Positions 15,525 through 32,276 of a stretch of 64,000 bases of DNA are shown here, in pieces. A model generated the notes under the pieces. That model did not search any database. It saw only the letters and a list, made by a program, of their open reading frames with translations, and was not told the origin of the DNA. Source of the DNA: Eledone cirrhosa (lineage: Eukaryota); the NCBI GenBank assembly GCA_964016885.1, contig OZ024743.1, forward strand, positions 102,052,001-102,116,000. The letters run 5' to 3'. A program made the translations under genes and the position numbers. Positions within the stretch are counted from its first letter, which is position 1; each line of letters opens with the position of its first letter.

Positions 15525-16137
15525 TAATAATTGTTTCTACTTTTGGCACAAGGCCAGCAATTACCCAGTACATTACTTTATTTTATCGACCCCGTAAGGA
15601 TGAAAGGCAAAGTTAACCTCGACGAGATTTGAACTCAAACTGTAAAGGGACGTAACTATGCTTATTATTATTATTATTATAGGGCGGTGAATTGGCAGTA
15701 TCGGTGGAGGGTCGGACGCCATGCTTTCCAGCATAGTTACGTCCCTTTACGATCTGAGTTCAAATCCTGCCGAGGTTGACTTTGCCTTTCATTCTTACGG
15801 GGTCGATAAAATAAAGTACCAGTAATGCACTGGGTAATTGCTGGCCTTGTGCCTAAAGTAGAAACAATTATTATTATTATTATTATTATTTAGTTTCATA
15901 ATCGCTAAAATTAGTGGTGTACACGAAACTATTCTACTACGGTGTACTCAATAATAATAATTGTTTCTACTTTTGGCACAAGGCCAGCAATTATCCAGTA
16001 CATTACTGGTTCTTTATTTTATCGACCTCGTAAGGATGAAAGGCAAAGTTAACCTTGGCGGGATTTGAACTCAGATCGCAAAGGGACGTAACTATGATGG
16101 AAAGCATGTCCAACCCTCTACCAATTCTGCCAATCCA
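15525..16137. mobile_element. Cluster of three SINEs: 15525-15662 (-), 15682-15870 (+, full length), 15955-16137 (-)
   Basis: SINE consensus in alternating orientation with (ATT)n tails. Confidence 0.9.
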
Positions 16138-16287
16138 CTAATGTATACATATATACGTGAATGTATTACTTAAAATGACAAGACAATTAAGCTAATGTTT
16201 CCGTGGTTACACAGTTTCCTCACTGTATCCGATTGACCGTAGTAGATTAGTTTCGTGTACACCACTAATTTTAGCGATCATGAAACT
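15892..16287. repeat. Inverted repeat, ~50-bp arms (15892-15943 / 16236-16287) enclosing a SINE
   Basis: ATCGCTAAAATTAGTGGTGTACACGAAACTA mirrored exactly. Confidence 0.85.
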
Positions 16288-16385
16288 TACCTCCGAAAAG
16301 ATGTTCAGTTGACATGTATTTTATGTAGTATAAAGTACTTCTATGTTTACATTTCGAGGGCTCATTCTTTCTTAATTATAATTCA

Positions 16386-16481
<96 letters not shown>

Positions 16482-17134
16482 TACCGATTGCCATTGTTTA
16501 GAGGAAAAAAATAAATTTCCTCATTATTTTATCGATTTCGGAAGTTTGAAGCAAAGTCAATCTTGATAAGATCGGAACCTAGAACGCAGACAGTCGTACT
16601 TATATAGCGGAAAGCATTCTGTTCGACACTCTACTGATTATCCCACTACACGCTTTGGGTTTAACTAGAAAAATAAAATATATATGATAATTAACACCAC
16701 AACCCGCCACCCGTTTCTCCTACCAAAAGGGAGACAATTTGCACGAATTTGTAATTCTTCCAATTTACGCCAAGTAAGATGTGAAATAATGAAATAATTA
16801 AGATATAGTTTCCTAATAAAAGAAAGGAAAAGCATAACTAGAACATATTACAAAGACAGCTTTCGATTTTCTAATCTCATGGCGATGCTAAAATTTCATA
16901 TTTATTAAACTGTATACCTTACATCACTTTCTAGCTGCACAGAGTAATGACGGCCATTATCTCAGTACTCTGTAAAGTCCCACCAGAAAGGACTAATATA
17001 ATTGCATACATTTCTTACTAGAGCTGAAAGCATAAAACTACTACTTCAAGAAATAGGTTATGTAGAAAATCGCTTCAAGTAAAACAATTTAAATAATGCA
17101 TTCAATTCTCTGTTATATAGCAAGCTGTCCGCTA

Positions 17135-17258
<124 letters not shown>

Positions 17259-17386
17259 GCATGTGAGCGTATACAGTCTGCGTGTGAATGCATGTATATT
17301 TGCGCTCATGAGTATGTCGTCTATTATATATCCTTATTTGTGGGTGCGTAAACATATGTATATTACTGTATATGTGTACATATATC

Positions 17387-17432
<46 letters not shown>

Positions 17433-18040
17433 CTACTACATATAACTGCGTATAATTCAGTTATATGCAATAGTATAGATATGTATGTATATATGAAGTG
17501 TAAACACACAAACACACATACATACATACATATATATATATATGTGTGTGTGTGTGAGTGTGTGTGTGTGTGTCTGTCTGTCTGTCTGTATGTATGATAT
17601 ATGGGTGTGAATTATTGTATTTATCTTTGTGTATGTGAGTGAACTCTAAATGGTAGACGAGTGTCTGACCGACACCACCACGGGCCTCTTTACCTGTTTT
17701 ATGGCCTAAATGTATAAATGAGTTCTGTATATATATATGTAAAAAGTGTTATTCATTTATATGTTTTCTGTTTGTTTGTTTATCTGTTATTACATTTTTC
17801 ATTGGATCTTATTATTTCTCTCAGGCTGTTTGTGTTTTGTTAATAAATACTCCAAAGCCATTTATTTTGAGGACAGACAACAGAATGGATGTATTTTGTC
17901 GAGGCTAATACTACAGAGTTGCAAAACTGCTGCCGATTAATCAGTATGTCGATAGCATATTTCTATATTTTGCCGTTTGAAACGACCGTAAATCAATGGA
18001 ATAATTAACCGCTACAAATTGTTATGTTTGTTTCATCGTT

Positions 18041-18079
<39 letters not shown>

Positions 18080-18187
18080 TATATATTAGGTAATTTCCAT
18101 GGAAAAGCAAAGGAAAAAATAGCTATTTATTTAATTAGAAAATGAAGAACACAATATATAACTACTTAGTGTTGTTCACTTTCTAAT

Positions 18188-18234
<47 letters not shown>

Positions 18235-18238
<4 letters not shown>

Positions 18239-18396
18239 ATGTTTAACCCCGACGGCAAAGCTCAAGCCATTTCGACGGCTATTTCTGAGCTCTGCCGGTC
18301 GGGTTTAGATATTTTCCTATTACCCACTCTACTGCCCTAAGTATTGAGTACTCTGGTGCGTTATGGTCCATCTGGTTCCTTACCACACCTCCTTCG

Positions 18397-18398
<2 letters not shown>
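18235..18398 (-). mobile_element. Second copy of the 3499 tail/hammerhead-half element, flanked by (TA)n
   Basis: Reverse-complement similarity to 3499-3647. Confidence 0.7.
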
Positions 18399-18466
<68 letters not shown>

Positions 18467-19188
18467 TATATATAATATATATATAATATATATATATAAT
18501 ATATATAATATATATATATATATATATACACACAAGATGGCAGATTAACAGCAACACTGGTTTCTTTTTCTCTCCTCTTTTCCCTTTTAATCTCGCTTGA
18601 CTTCCTTTATCCTCTCTACCTATGAAGAACTGATGTACAAAACGCTACGAATCAGTGCTGACTGTATTAAAATTTAAACTAATATACCATTATTCTTTTG
18701 TATTTTTCCTTGTTCATATTTCTTATATATATATTTATATATATATTTATACACACACACACACACACATACACATATATATATGTATATATGCGTACTT
18801 TTCTGAGTGTTTATGAGTCAGCATGTACATTTGTGAGTGCTTGTGTCTATTGATATATTTTTCTAAAATATCTTTTATGTTTGTCTAATATGTGTCCTAT
18901 TTCGGAACCAGACACGGCAACATATAGTCTCAAAAAGATTTCAATCAATTCCAGTCTTCCATATCCTACGAGCCTCTTACAATCATGTCACGACAATATA
19001 ATTAATAACCATACTTAAACATACGTATTTTATTCACAGTGGATTATGTATCTTTCTAGAAACCTAGTGGTGGGCTTTATATATATGTTTATATCTTGTT
19101 GTTTTCCTCTGTTGTATCGTCTGTGTATGATGAAATTTATAGTTAAGAAGAATTCTAAAGATGCGCATTGCCACAACAGTACAAAAGC

Positions 19189-19220
<32 letters not shown>

Positions 19221-19674
19221 TGTATTTATTTATGTTTGAATGGAAAAGTATCGTCGCCTATGTGGTTGTGAATAAATAATATATTCTAAGTATATTTCAG
19301 TGTGAGTGTGTCTGTATTTCAGTTGCTTTACAAAGTAATATTAGTGCCAGTCTATATAAGGAAACAATTACAATCGGTATTTCATGCGAACACACGCATT
19401 CATATACAGATACACACATACACAAATACACACATACGCACACTCATGCACAAACACGCTCTCACATACACGCTCGTACTCGCAATCTCCGCCTGCTCTT
19501 AGACAAACACGTTCACGCTCTAACACACTCACGCTCATACACACATACACATTTTCATATACAAGCTCAGACACACAAAAGCACACATTCATACACTCTC
19601 TCACACAGAGAAACACCCCGACATGAACACAGACAATTATTTATATATGTATAAATGTTTTTATACAACTACCA

Positions 19675-20350
<676 letters not shown>

Positions 20351-20371
20351 CTTTTTTTAAACAAGCATTTG

Positions 20372-20450
<79 letters not shown>

Positions 20451-21187
20451 TTAAACGATATACGAAAAAGTCTCTTTCAAATATCTATTTGAGAAACAAC
20501 TAGTATCATGTATATATAATGATAAATAAAAAAATATACTCGCTCATAGAAATAATCAAGGCAAGACTGTCTAAAGTTCACTTATACGGCCATTTCATAA
20601 TAAAGTCAAGAATAAGATGCCTATAATCGATCTAAAACCCATTTAATTAAATAGGTAGAAAGGCTGATAAAATGTTTCGTATATTCTAGTTCCTCTTTCA
20701 ACTCTTCTATTTCAGGAGATAACACTATAAATGGTCAACCATTATCTCTGTATAATAAAGGATATATATATATATATATAAATGAAAGGTATAGAAAACA
20801 CTGCAGCGAAAAGCGAACAGCATTCCATAGTATATAAGTGACTATAGCGTCAAAATCGGAAAAATAGTTAACGTAAGATGTGGGAAAAATAATTTAAACT
20901 CATCTCAAAGAGAATCAGGATATAAATTCATCCACAGAATTTAGTGAAATCCAGGGAAAAATCAATAGAGCCTTAACTCATGATAAAATAAAATATATTA
21001 TCATATATTATATATATTATCATATATTATATATATATATATAAAATAATAATATAGGTAGTAATAAACACAGTAAATCGTGTTAATATTACGAGGGTTG
21101 AAAGCCACATTTGTCTGAAATATTTAACCATGAAACAGACAGAAAATATATAAGATAAATATACAGACCGACTCAATAACTATTATA

Positions 21188-21268
21188 TCTCCCCAACAGA
21201 TTAGGGATTAATCTGTTTCGCTTGAGTGTGTTTGTAACAGATAATCTTTGGGCATCATCAGCGAGAGA
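21188..21268 (-). ncRNA. Hammerhead ribozyme-like motif
   Basis: CTGATGA...GC-GAAA; 8-bp stem III ACAGATTA/TAATCTGT; GUU site; stem I TCTCTC/GGGAGA. Confidence 0.65.
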
Positions 21269-21432
21269 ATCAGATTAAATTCGACGAACACCTAATTCTA
21301 ACATTCATACGAATGAATAAATATTTCACCTCGTGAGCCGTAAGTCAAAAGTGGCGTGAGTGGGTTTGGCTAGAAATTATAGCCTAATACACACAACTTA
21401 TAAGCTCACCTAGAAAGGGAGCCGAAATATAC

Positions 21433-21905
21433 ATAAAAGGTACAGTTAATAACTCATACTGTAATTAGCAAGCTCAAAGTATAAATACTGAGCATTATAA
21501 TAATAATAAGGGCGGTGAATTGGCAGTATCGGTAGAGGGTCGGACGCCATGCTTTCCAGCATAGTTACGTCCCTTTATGGTCTGAGTTCAAATCCCGTCG
21601 AGGTCAACTTTTCCTTTCATCCTTACGGGGTCGATAAAATAAAGTACCAGTAATGCACTGGAATAATTGCTGGCCTTGTGCCAAAAGTAGAAACAATTAT
21701 AATAATAATATATGTAGTAATAAATATATTATTATTATAATTCTTTCTACTTTTGGCACAAGGCCAGCAATTATTCCATTGCATTACTGGTACTTTATTT
21801 TATCGACCCCGTAAGGATGAAAGGTAAAGTTAACCTCGGCATGCTCAGTATTTATACTTTGAGCTTGTTAATTGCAGGGGTTTCAGTATGAGTTATTAAT
21901 TCTAC

Positions 21906-21912
<7 letters not shown>
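21433..21912. repeat. Fold-back duplication containing SINEs 21510-21700 (+) and 21738-21840 (-)
   Basis: GCAAGCTCAAAGTATAAATACTGAGCAT mirrored at 21841-21870, outside the SINEs. Confidence 0.85.
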
Positions 21913-21965
<53 letters not shown>

Positions 21966-22980
21966 AAACGAAAAATCAGTGATGCATTGGAACACAAGTT
22001 ATTACTTATTACAAATGTTTCTCCGGCGAACAGCTCAAGGTGCGATCTGTTTGTGGATCAAACCAGACTCTGGATTCGCAAGTTCCTCAGATAAGTCTAG
22101 TGATTTCGAAGCAAATTCTCTCTCTGGTGGACTCCGACCCTTAGAGTTTCTAACATCTGCCATCAACCTGTTTGCGCGGCCCACCGACTGGTCAAGAGTA
22201 TAATGATATGGGAAACGAAGAATCAGTGATGCATCGGAACACAATTTATTACGTATTACAATCGTTTCTCGCGTGAACTGTCACTCACCTTAATTCTGTC
22301 GCCAGAATTACTGCTAGGTGGGCAAGGGGTTATGAACTGCATAGCCAGTCCCTAGCTTGCTCGTCGCCGGACACATATACACCCACACATACGTGTGCTC
22401 ACACATAGATAGACATTCCGAGGTCCTGATCGCACACTTATCTGTGCGGACACACACACACACACACACACACATAGAACTCGCGCGTTTGCGTACACAC
22501 TTACACATGCATATATTCACCCCTCATATATAGGTACATGCATACACAGATATAGGCACACACGTACACATACATGGACCCACAGATATACATATATCTA
22601 TCCATACATACAACGGGCAAGCTAGGGACTGGCAAGGTAATTCATACATCTTGCCCATCTAGCAGTAATTCTGGCGAAAAATTAAGGTGAGTGACAGTTC
22701 ACCCCTGAATGGAAATGGTCAGTGGGCAGATTTGAATGGTCAAACATACAGATGACGTCTCGAACTCTTCACCAATTGACGGGCCGCGCAAACAGGATGA
22801 TGGCAGATGATAGAAATTCTAAGGGTCGGAATTCAACTAAAAGAGAATTTGCTTCGAAGTTAGGTTCGATCCACAAGTAGATCGCACCTCGAGCTGTTCG
22901 CCGGAGAAACGATTGTAATACGTAATAAATTGTGTTCCGATGCATCACATATTCTTCGTTTTCCATATCATTATACTCTG
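21966..22980 (-). mobile_element. ORF-less retrozyme/pLTR-like element: 247-bp unit with terminal direct repeat plus an inverted copy (22770-22980)
   Basis: TCAGTGATGCAT.GGAACACAA at 21976 and 22223; inverted homology at 22615-22702 and 22770-22980. Confidence 0.7.
22004..22096 (-). ncRNA. Hammerhead ribozyme with long, branched stem II
   Basis: ACTTAT-CTGAGGA...GCGAA/TTCGC...GAAA-CATTTG-TA-ATAAGT; perfect 6-bp stem I. Confidence 0.65.
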
Positions 22981-23044
22981 CTCCGAAGGAACATAGAGTG
23001 CTCAACTGGCATAGCGCCTATGGACGCATCGAAGCAAACTTACT

Positions 23045-23080
<36 letters not shown>

Positions 23081-23111
23081 AGTGTAAGTTTCTACACAAA
23101 ACGAAGGTTAT

Positions 23112-24650
<1,539 letters not shown>

Positions 24651-25919
24651 GTAGAAAAATGAATGGCAAGCTCAATCAGAGAGGTATTGGCTCCTAACAT
24701 AATCCTCAGGAAGGATGAGTGTGTCAATTTGTGATAAAGCTCGCAATCTTTCCACCAAGCCTTCACATAGTTTCTATGTACCCTGATGTTGCCTACAAGC
24801 CTTCGTTTTACATTAGGCCACGGCATATTATAATTAGTGGGATCGAACTATGGATTTCATGGCAGCAAATCGAATTTGTTAATTACTTGGTCGTGATAAT
24901 AAAAACAACAGCAACACACAAGAACAACAAAGAACGTAAAACAAAGAACGCACAGCATTAAGCAAATATAGAGAAATTTAAATTAACAAAAGACAAATCA
25001 GACAAAATGAATAAACGTGCTGAAAATAAAGAGAATGCACAATGAACATAACAAGATATAGCGCCAAATGAGAATGAGAAAAGACAATGATAAAAAAGAA
25101 ATCCGACAACTTGTTATCAGTTTGAAAACAATAGCGATTTTTTTCTCCGTGTTGGATGGAAATTTGAGTCTGAAATAAATTGGATTCATAGAATTCGGGA
25201 TGTCCATATTTGTCGACTATATTTGTTGCAGTATTAGCTAAAGGTATTGGAGATTTAGGAAAGATATACCACGATTAGTGAACCTGATAGTTTTACGTCA
25301 GTTTACATTCTTTGTCCACAAAAGAAGGAGATAAAATTTGTTATACACTGCTACTACTGGGACTAAATATTGCCTGCTTGCAAGTTTGCTAAACAAAAGA
25401 AAGCAAAAAGAGAAAACCAAATCGATTTGCTACATATTTTGACGAACGTTGACCTCAATGCGAATCCAAGTTGTTATTCCATTCTTACCACTCGATCTCC
25501 GTAATCTCTGAGAGGAATATGTTATATTTGTTGAACAGAGTCTACATATTAACTACTAAATATGCACACGCGAATAGAGAATCAAAGAGAAAGACGCGTA
25601 GAAACATAAAAACGCGTATATACACAAATATATACACACGTACGCTAGCATTTACCCGCAGATATACACACGTACGATCAATCTACAGTATGCCAGAAGG
25701 GTCTGATGACGCTATTATCCCTTACATATTTGAACAGATGTGTCTACATTTGTGAATTCTACAGTCTCGCCAAGTCTTATACGGAATTAATGCTTGAAGC
25801 GTTTACATCACGTATATTTATCTACCGGCAAAATAGGATTCAAGCATCCATTAAGTCCGTCACAGATAACATCTTCAGGAATTCCACATCAATATTGCAT
25901 ATATATATATTTGTGTATT

Positions 25920-26010
25920 GGATTCGGGATCGTGGGATTGGAAGTTCTATTACCGTAACCGGCGGTGCGTTATGTCCTTGAATAAGGCAATTTATTTCAC
26001 GTTGCTATTT
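25920..26010 (+). mobile_element. Second tRNA-derived SINE family, fragment
   Basis: TGCGTTATGTCCTTGAATAAGGCAATTTATTTCACGTTGCT matches 34740-34875 (reverse complement) and 39250-39310. Confidence 0.6.
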
Positions 26011-26128
26011 CTGCCAGGAGTTACGACGGATAGATAGTATCAGGAATGGAAAGACCAATGGACACATTGTTTTCTTGGTCCAATCGAACGAGTTCCTCCC
26101 CTTTTCGATCGTATTAAACACATACACG

Positions 26129-26161
<33 letters not shown>

Positions 26162-26280
26162 GTATATATATATATTTTAATAAATATTTGCTCTAGGATT
26201 CTTATATATTTGATATATACAGATTTATCGTTATCTAGCCCTCTTTGGATTTTAGTCTTCACACTTATAATTATTACTAT

Positions 26281-26344
<64 letters not shown>

Positions 26345-27018
26345 TTGTTTCTAAATTTGGCACAAGGCCAGCAATTATCCCAGTGTATTACTGGTGCTTT
26401 ATTTTATCGACCCCGTATGGATGAAAGGCAAAATTAACCTCGGTGGAATTTGAACTCACACCATAATGGGCGGTAACTCTTTGCTGCAAAGCATGGCTTC
26501 AGACCCTCTACCGATACTGCCAATCCAAACATTAAGAATGATGCTGATGTTACATAAATCGTGTATTCATTATAATTATTTCAACGGTTCTTTGATGCAA
26601 TCAAGATGTAATTCATGCATTTGTTGTTGTTATGAGAATGGTATCCCGGGCGCACGAACAGAAGGACGTGTTTTTCCTGCCAGCGACAAAACACAAAGTC
26701 GAATTTCATCTGATAATACCGTTCTCATCACAAAAACAAATGCATGAATTACATCTTGATTGCATCGAAGAACCGTTGAAATAATTATAATGAATACACG
26801 ATTTATGTAACATCAGCATCATTCTTAATGTTTGGATTGGCAGTATCGGTAGAGGGTCTGAAGCCATGCTTTGCAGTAAAGAGTTACCGCCCATTATGGT
26901 GTGAGTTCAAATCCCGCCGAAGTTAACTTTGCCTTTCATCCACACGGGGTCGATAAAATAAAGCACCAGTAATACACTGGGATAATTGCTGGCCTTGTGC
27001 TAAATTTAGAAACAATTA
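26345..27018. repeat. Fold-back duplication, ~300-bp arms, each a SINE plus ~115 bp of unique flank; ~70-bp spacer
   Basis: ORFs 26466 (+) and 26894 (-) have near-identical translations; arms nearly identical. Confidence 0.95.
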
Positions 27019-27119
27019 TTATATTTATAGATATATATGTTCATAAATTAAGAGAGAGATCAAAGGTACCATCCTCGCAAATAAGGAGGCCTACAAAGTT
27101 TGGCTTGGAAATAAGTCCC

Positions 27120-27660
27120 CCTTATTGTACTTGCTGTAGAAACAGGCACGAAGAATCGCAGCAGAAACAGTAAAGGCGTCCAAGGTTAAGGCTTGGGAGG
27201 ACTTTGTGGTTAAGCTGGAATCCGACTTCAGATCAGCAAATGAATTTTTCTGGTAGACTATACACCGACATCGTAATAAGTAGCCCTCCTCCACACTTTA
27301 TATCAGGAATGCGTCTGAAGTAATCCTCTCTTCTGAGAAATGCGTCCTCGTGAGGTGGAGAGAACAGTTTGCTCATCTAAACCCAATCACAACAGCACCA
27401 TCTGATGTACACAAGCTGCATCTGGGAGCGATGACTAATCTCTCGGGGGCGGAGGTAAAGAGCAATTAAAGAGATCAAATGTGTCAAGGAGTGGGTGGAT
27501 GTTGGCTTGAGATGTTAAAAATCTTAAATAGAGAAGGTATTCTCTGGCTAACTCGTGTGAGCCGGGCGGCCTGAATCTCTGGAAAGGCACCTAAACTATA
27601 GCATTCGGGAGTGATAATCCCAATTTTCCAAAAGGCAAACGAGAGATTGCTCTAATTTTC
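27120..27660 (+). pseudogene. Degenerate RTE-clade LINE ORF fragment (linker and start of RT)
   Basis: Translates KAWEDFVVKLESDFRSANEFFW*TI, VLVRWRE, EMLKILNREGILWLTRV, GVIIPIF; stops and frameshifts. Confidence 0.85.
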
Positions 27661-28586
27661 AACATACTCTGTGAAAATAAACAAAAAGTATTTAGACCAT
27701 GAAACATGGCCCAGCCACGTTAGTTACTGTATGGCCAGGCTGTAAATTAATGAACCTGGGATGGTGATGGAAGATAAGGAGCTATACATCCCAATATACA
27801 ATAAAGATAACTTCAAATCCCATCATAAATAATTCTTGATAGTAAAATTCTTAATATATGTAAAACAAAACTATGTTGAATCATTCTGAAAGGCATACTA
27901 CTGTCTAAGACAACATGAACGTTTTGAAATCACTGCCTTAAATCAATTGAAATTTTGAAGTCAAATGAGTTAGTTGATTAATCGGGTTAATATAACCAGA
28001 ACTATACATAGAATATTAATAAGCGGATATAGCAATATCGATTGATTACTAAATCAATTTCAACGTTATCAACGGCAAGCAATATATTCTTATGCAAATA
28101 TGAAATTCAAAAGAAAATCTCATAAGCAGAGAAACAAAGCTGCTTTATTGTTCCTCGATTTAAATTTAATTAAAACAAGTATTCTAGAATCTGAAGTTAC
28201 TTCAGTTAACTCTTCGTTGAAAGTAACTATTGCTAAACTGTATTAAGATGTAGTCGTTACTATTTTCATAAATCTGTCTTTAAGTCTGAGGAACAAACTA
28301 GTATACACACACACGCGCACGCGCGCACGCACACACACACACACACGTATATATGATTGATCAGCTAAAGGTTCTATCTCTATCGATCGACCCCAACTCT
28401 GGAATCAAAAGAATGCGAAAGGATATATTTTTAAAAGTTATACGCGCGAAACATTCCGTCATTAAACAAACAGAAGTCTGATGAGCTTTTGCTTCCTGAT
28501 TGGGCCCGATCGAAAGATCGAACATTGAGCTGGCCAATCGAGAAACGCGCGTTACACCTGCATAAACTTAATGAAAATTTGAAACC

Positions 28587-28737
28587 ACGTCAATACTCGT
28601 CTTTTTCTTAGAGGGTTCTTAACCCTACTATTAGGCTAACATTTCTTTAGTTAAAAAATACCGCGAAAGCTTCTATTTCGATTTTCAAACTCGCTCGCTC
28701 GCTGTTTCAAAACAAACTTTCTTTCACCCCCCCCCCC

Positions 28738-28803
<66 letters not shown>

Positions 28804-28943
28804 AGTAAGTATGTTTTGAAACAGTGAGCAGGTTTGAAATTAGAAAATAGAATAGCTTTCACCGTATTTTTGACTAAAGGAATTTTAGCCTGATAATGGG
28901 GTTTAAAACCCTCAGATAAATGGAAAAAGATGAGTATTGACGT
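28587..28943. repeat. Inverted pair of a ~130-bp dispersed repeat around (TA)n; further copies 31545-31640 and 45525-45590
   Basis: GTCAATACT..TCTTTTT...AGAGGGTT...AAAAAATAC..GAAAGCT shared. Confidence 0.8.
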
Positions 28944-29089
28944 ACATATATATATATATATACATATATAAAGTATTCGGGAAATACTTCAGATATTTCT
29001 TCAACCCATCTGCATATATTATTCATTATATAGGTCATAAATATTAATTTTATCCTAATTAATCCTGGAATAAATAATTCAGTATAGAA

Positions 29090-29267
29090 TAATTGTTTCT
29101 ACTTTTGGCACAAGGCCAGCAATTACCCAGTGCATTACTGGTACTTTATTCTATCGACCCCGTAAGGATGAAAGGCAAAGTCAACCTCGGCGGGATTTGA
29201 ACTCAGATCGTAAAGGGACGTAACTATGCTGGAAAGCATGGCGTCCGACTCTCTACCGATACTGCCA
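29090..29267 (-). mobile_element. tRNA-derived SINE, near consensus
   Basis: Reverse complement of consensus. Confidence 0.9.
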
Positions 29268-30214
29268 GAATAATGTTGCTTAACGTAGAATTTAAATTGA
29301 ATTACATGAAGAATTACTACACATGTCGATGTATATTCCGTAATGTAAAATACAATTTATTTCTTCATTTTTAAACTGTATTATACATATTGAACTGAAG
29401 GCGACATTGGATAGATTGCTTTGTTGTATTCGTTGGGGCACTTTGCGATCCGTGTCCACCATAACCTGTCAAAACTAAGTAGTTTTTCATCCTTTTGAAG
29501 TCGATGCAAAGAATACCAGTATCGTACTGTGTCGATTCTTCTTCTGTTACCTCATTCTCACACACACGCACGCACACACACACACACACACATACACACA
29601 CACACACATACACACACGCACACACACATACACACACAGAGACACACACACAGACACACACTCTCTCTCATTCTCTCTCTATAGAAGAAAAAAAAGAAAT
29701 TGGCTGTGTTCAAACATAGTGAGGGGGTTGGCTTCGCCAGGTATAATATCTACTCATGACTCATTGTGTATCACTACAGTGCTCCTACGACTCCACCAGG
29801 AGTTACAGGTCCATACATATGGAACTGGAATGGCTTATTTATATCCTATAGAATAAGAAAAAGGAATGATAAGATTTTATTCTGAAGATGGTTCAAGAAT
29901 TATTCATGAAAGAGAATGTTTGTCAATTAGTAAATGGAATATTATCAGCTCACAGATATAAATAAACATCACTAGACGATTGTTAGTTCCAGAAGTCAGA
30001 AATTTTCTAATGTTCATTTATTTAATCAATGGAATGAATGATGCTGTGGGCATCATTTCTATTTGATAGAAAAACTAAAAATGATTATTCCTGTGAGATT
30101 ATTGGGAAGACGTGACTGCTAGGCATAAACGGCAGCTTGAATAACAATAAGATATGCTTTTCATGATATGCATTAGAAAAGAAAATGTTTTGAATCTATG
30201 TTTGAAATCGGAAA

Positions 30215-30360
<146 letters not shown>

Positions 30361-30717
30361 GCATACACATTTATATTCCAAGAAAAAAAGTAGCAGTGAC
30401 TTCGAAGTTTAAGCTTAGTCTCTTCATCTTGATGCGTACTGTTGAGGCGGTGATTCTTTTATACAGCTTTTATATGTTAGTCAGGCTGGTATTGAGGGGT
30501 CATTCGGTTAATCTTTCAATGTTTTAGAATATATTGCTATTTTAAACACATACTCTAAAATATATATACACATACAAATACATGCATACACACATATACA
30601 TACACACGCACACATATACACACACATACACACACACATATATATATATTGGGTGTCAAGTATGAAATTTGTAGAATTTTTTTTCTACTAATTTCTACAA
30701 ATTTCATACTCGACGAA

Positions 30718-30757
<40 letters not shown>

Positions 30758-31055
30758 TATGTATACAAACGAGTAAAGCATAATCGTTTTCTGCGGAGGC
30801 GGTCAACTCAATGTACTAACAACAGGCTGGTGACAAGTATAACATAACCACAGGATCTTAAGAAGTTATTACTAAAATATATTCCCTGATATCGAAACTA
30901 ATGGTATGGTCATGGCTAGTATACTCATTATCATAGCTTTATTCGACCAGGGTTGACCTGTGGCTAAACGTAAGCAAACAGAAAATTATATAGTATTCAA
31001 GTCTAAAAGGGATTCCTTTACATTTTCAGGAGACGGTTGTAATAATTGTTTTGAC

Positions 31056-31222
31056 TTTAGGCACAACGCCAGCAATCTGAAGGGTACTTTATTTTTATCG
31101 AACCCGTAAGGATGAAAAGGAAAGCTAACGCCGGCGGGATTTGAAATGAGAACGTAAAGGGACGTAACTCTATGCCGCGAACCTTGGTGTCTGACGCTCT
31201 ACCGATACTGCTAATCCACCAC
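31056..31222 (-). mobile_element. tRNA-derived SINE
   Basis: Reverse complement of consensus, diverged. Confidence 0.8.
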
Positions 31223-32169
31223 CCTATTTGTGATAATAAAAAAATTAGTGGCAACGGTAGTTACTTTATAGATTTCGTTAGAATTTTGAAGGTGGAATTT
31301 GATTTACCTCTGATTTGTGATGTGTTTTTAAATATGTCTTACAAAAACCGTCGTAAATTGCTCATGTTCTGTGATTCCTCCGACGAAATATACCATAGTA
31401 CTTGTCTCAGAGACGGGTATAATAATACATTATAAAATTTTCTCTTTAGATTTCTGTAAATACATCTCTTGCATATTTGAAGGTCGACTCACAATCCTAC
31501 ACATCTGCTTTATTCAACTACCCTTCAGCATAGAACGTTTAAGTCAATACTAATCTTTTTCCATTTCTTAGAGGGTTCTAAACCTCAATATAAGGTTAAA
31601 ATGTCTCTAGTAAAAAATACAACGAAAACTTCTATTTCTAATTAATGATAAAACTGTTGACAGAGTCGTCTACATGAGATGTTTTCTTTTTCAAACAATT
31701 ACAGGTATAAAAACATGACTCTCTAAAAACATGTGACACCCACAAGTCGATTAACACCGTTTACTGTATTGTTTCTTTAAGAGATGTTTTTCCATTAAAT
31801 TTCTGGTCGCATATCAATGAAAAAGACATCGTCTTAAATTAATAATATTTGATTGACATAATTGAAAATAAACGTGACTAACTATGAAAAAAATGAAGAG
31901 AATTTGATGAAATGGTCGTGAAATGGATTAGCCTAAGGTTAACTATAGGAAACAATTCAAGATTCTCATCAGGAAAACTATCTTATAGTACATAGTTGTT
32001 TGTATTTGATGGAATTCTATGGGAATAAGGTAAAGAAATGCTTTTGTATAAGTTCTGTGTAGTCATAGGGTGGCAGTTTATATTTGCAACAAAGTAACAT
32101 TTCGTCAGAATCGAAGGAAATATATACTGAGAGAGAGATAGAGAGAGAGAGAGAGGGGGGAGACGAGAT

Positions 32170-32276
<107 letters not shown>

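Noticed and set aside
15682-15775. tRNA gene
   Set aside because: A and B boxes belong to a SINE head; no cloverleaf; identical SINE body follows
16285-16315. Minus-strand ATG...GAG|GTAAGT mini first exon (MSTEHLFG)
   Set aside because: Too short to support, and the donor overlaps an inverted-repeat arm
29779-29885. APTTPP...WNG...Y.I peptide reminiscent of fibronectin type III
   Set aside because: Spacing wrong, early stop, no clear donor site
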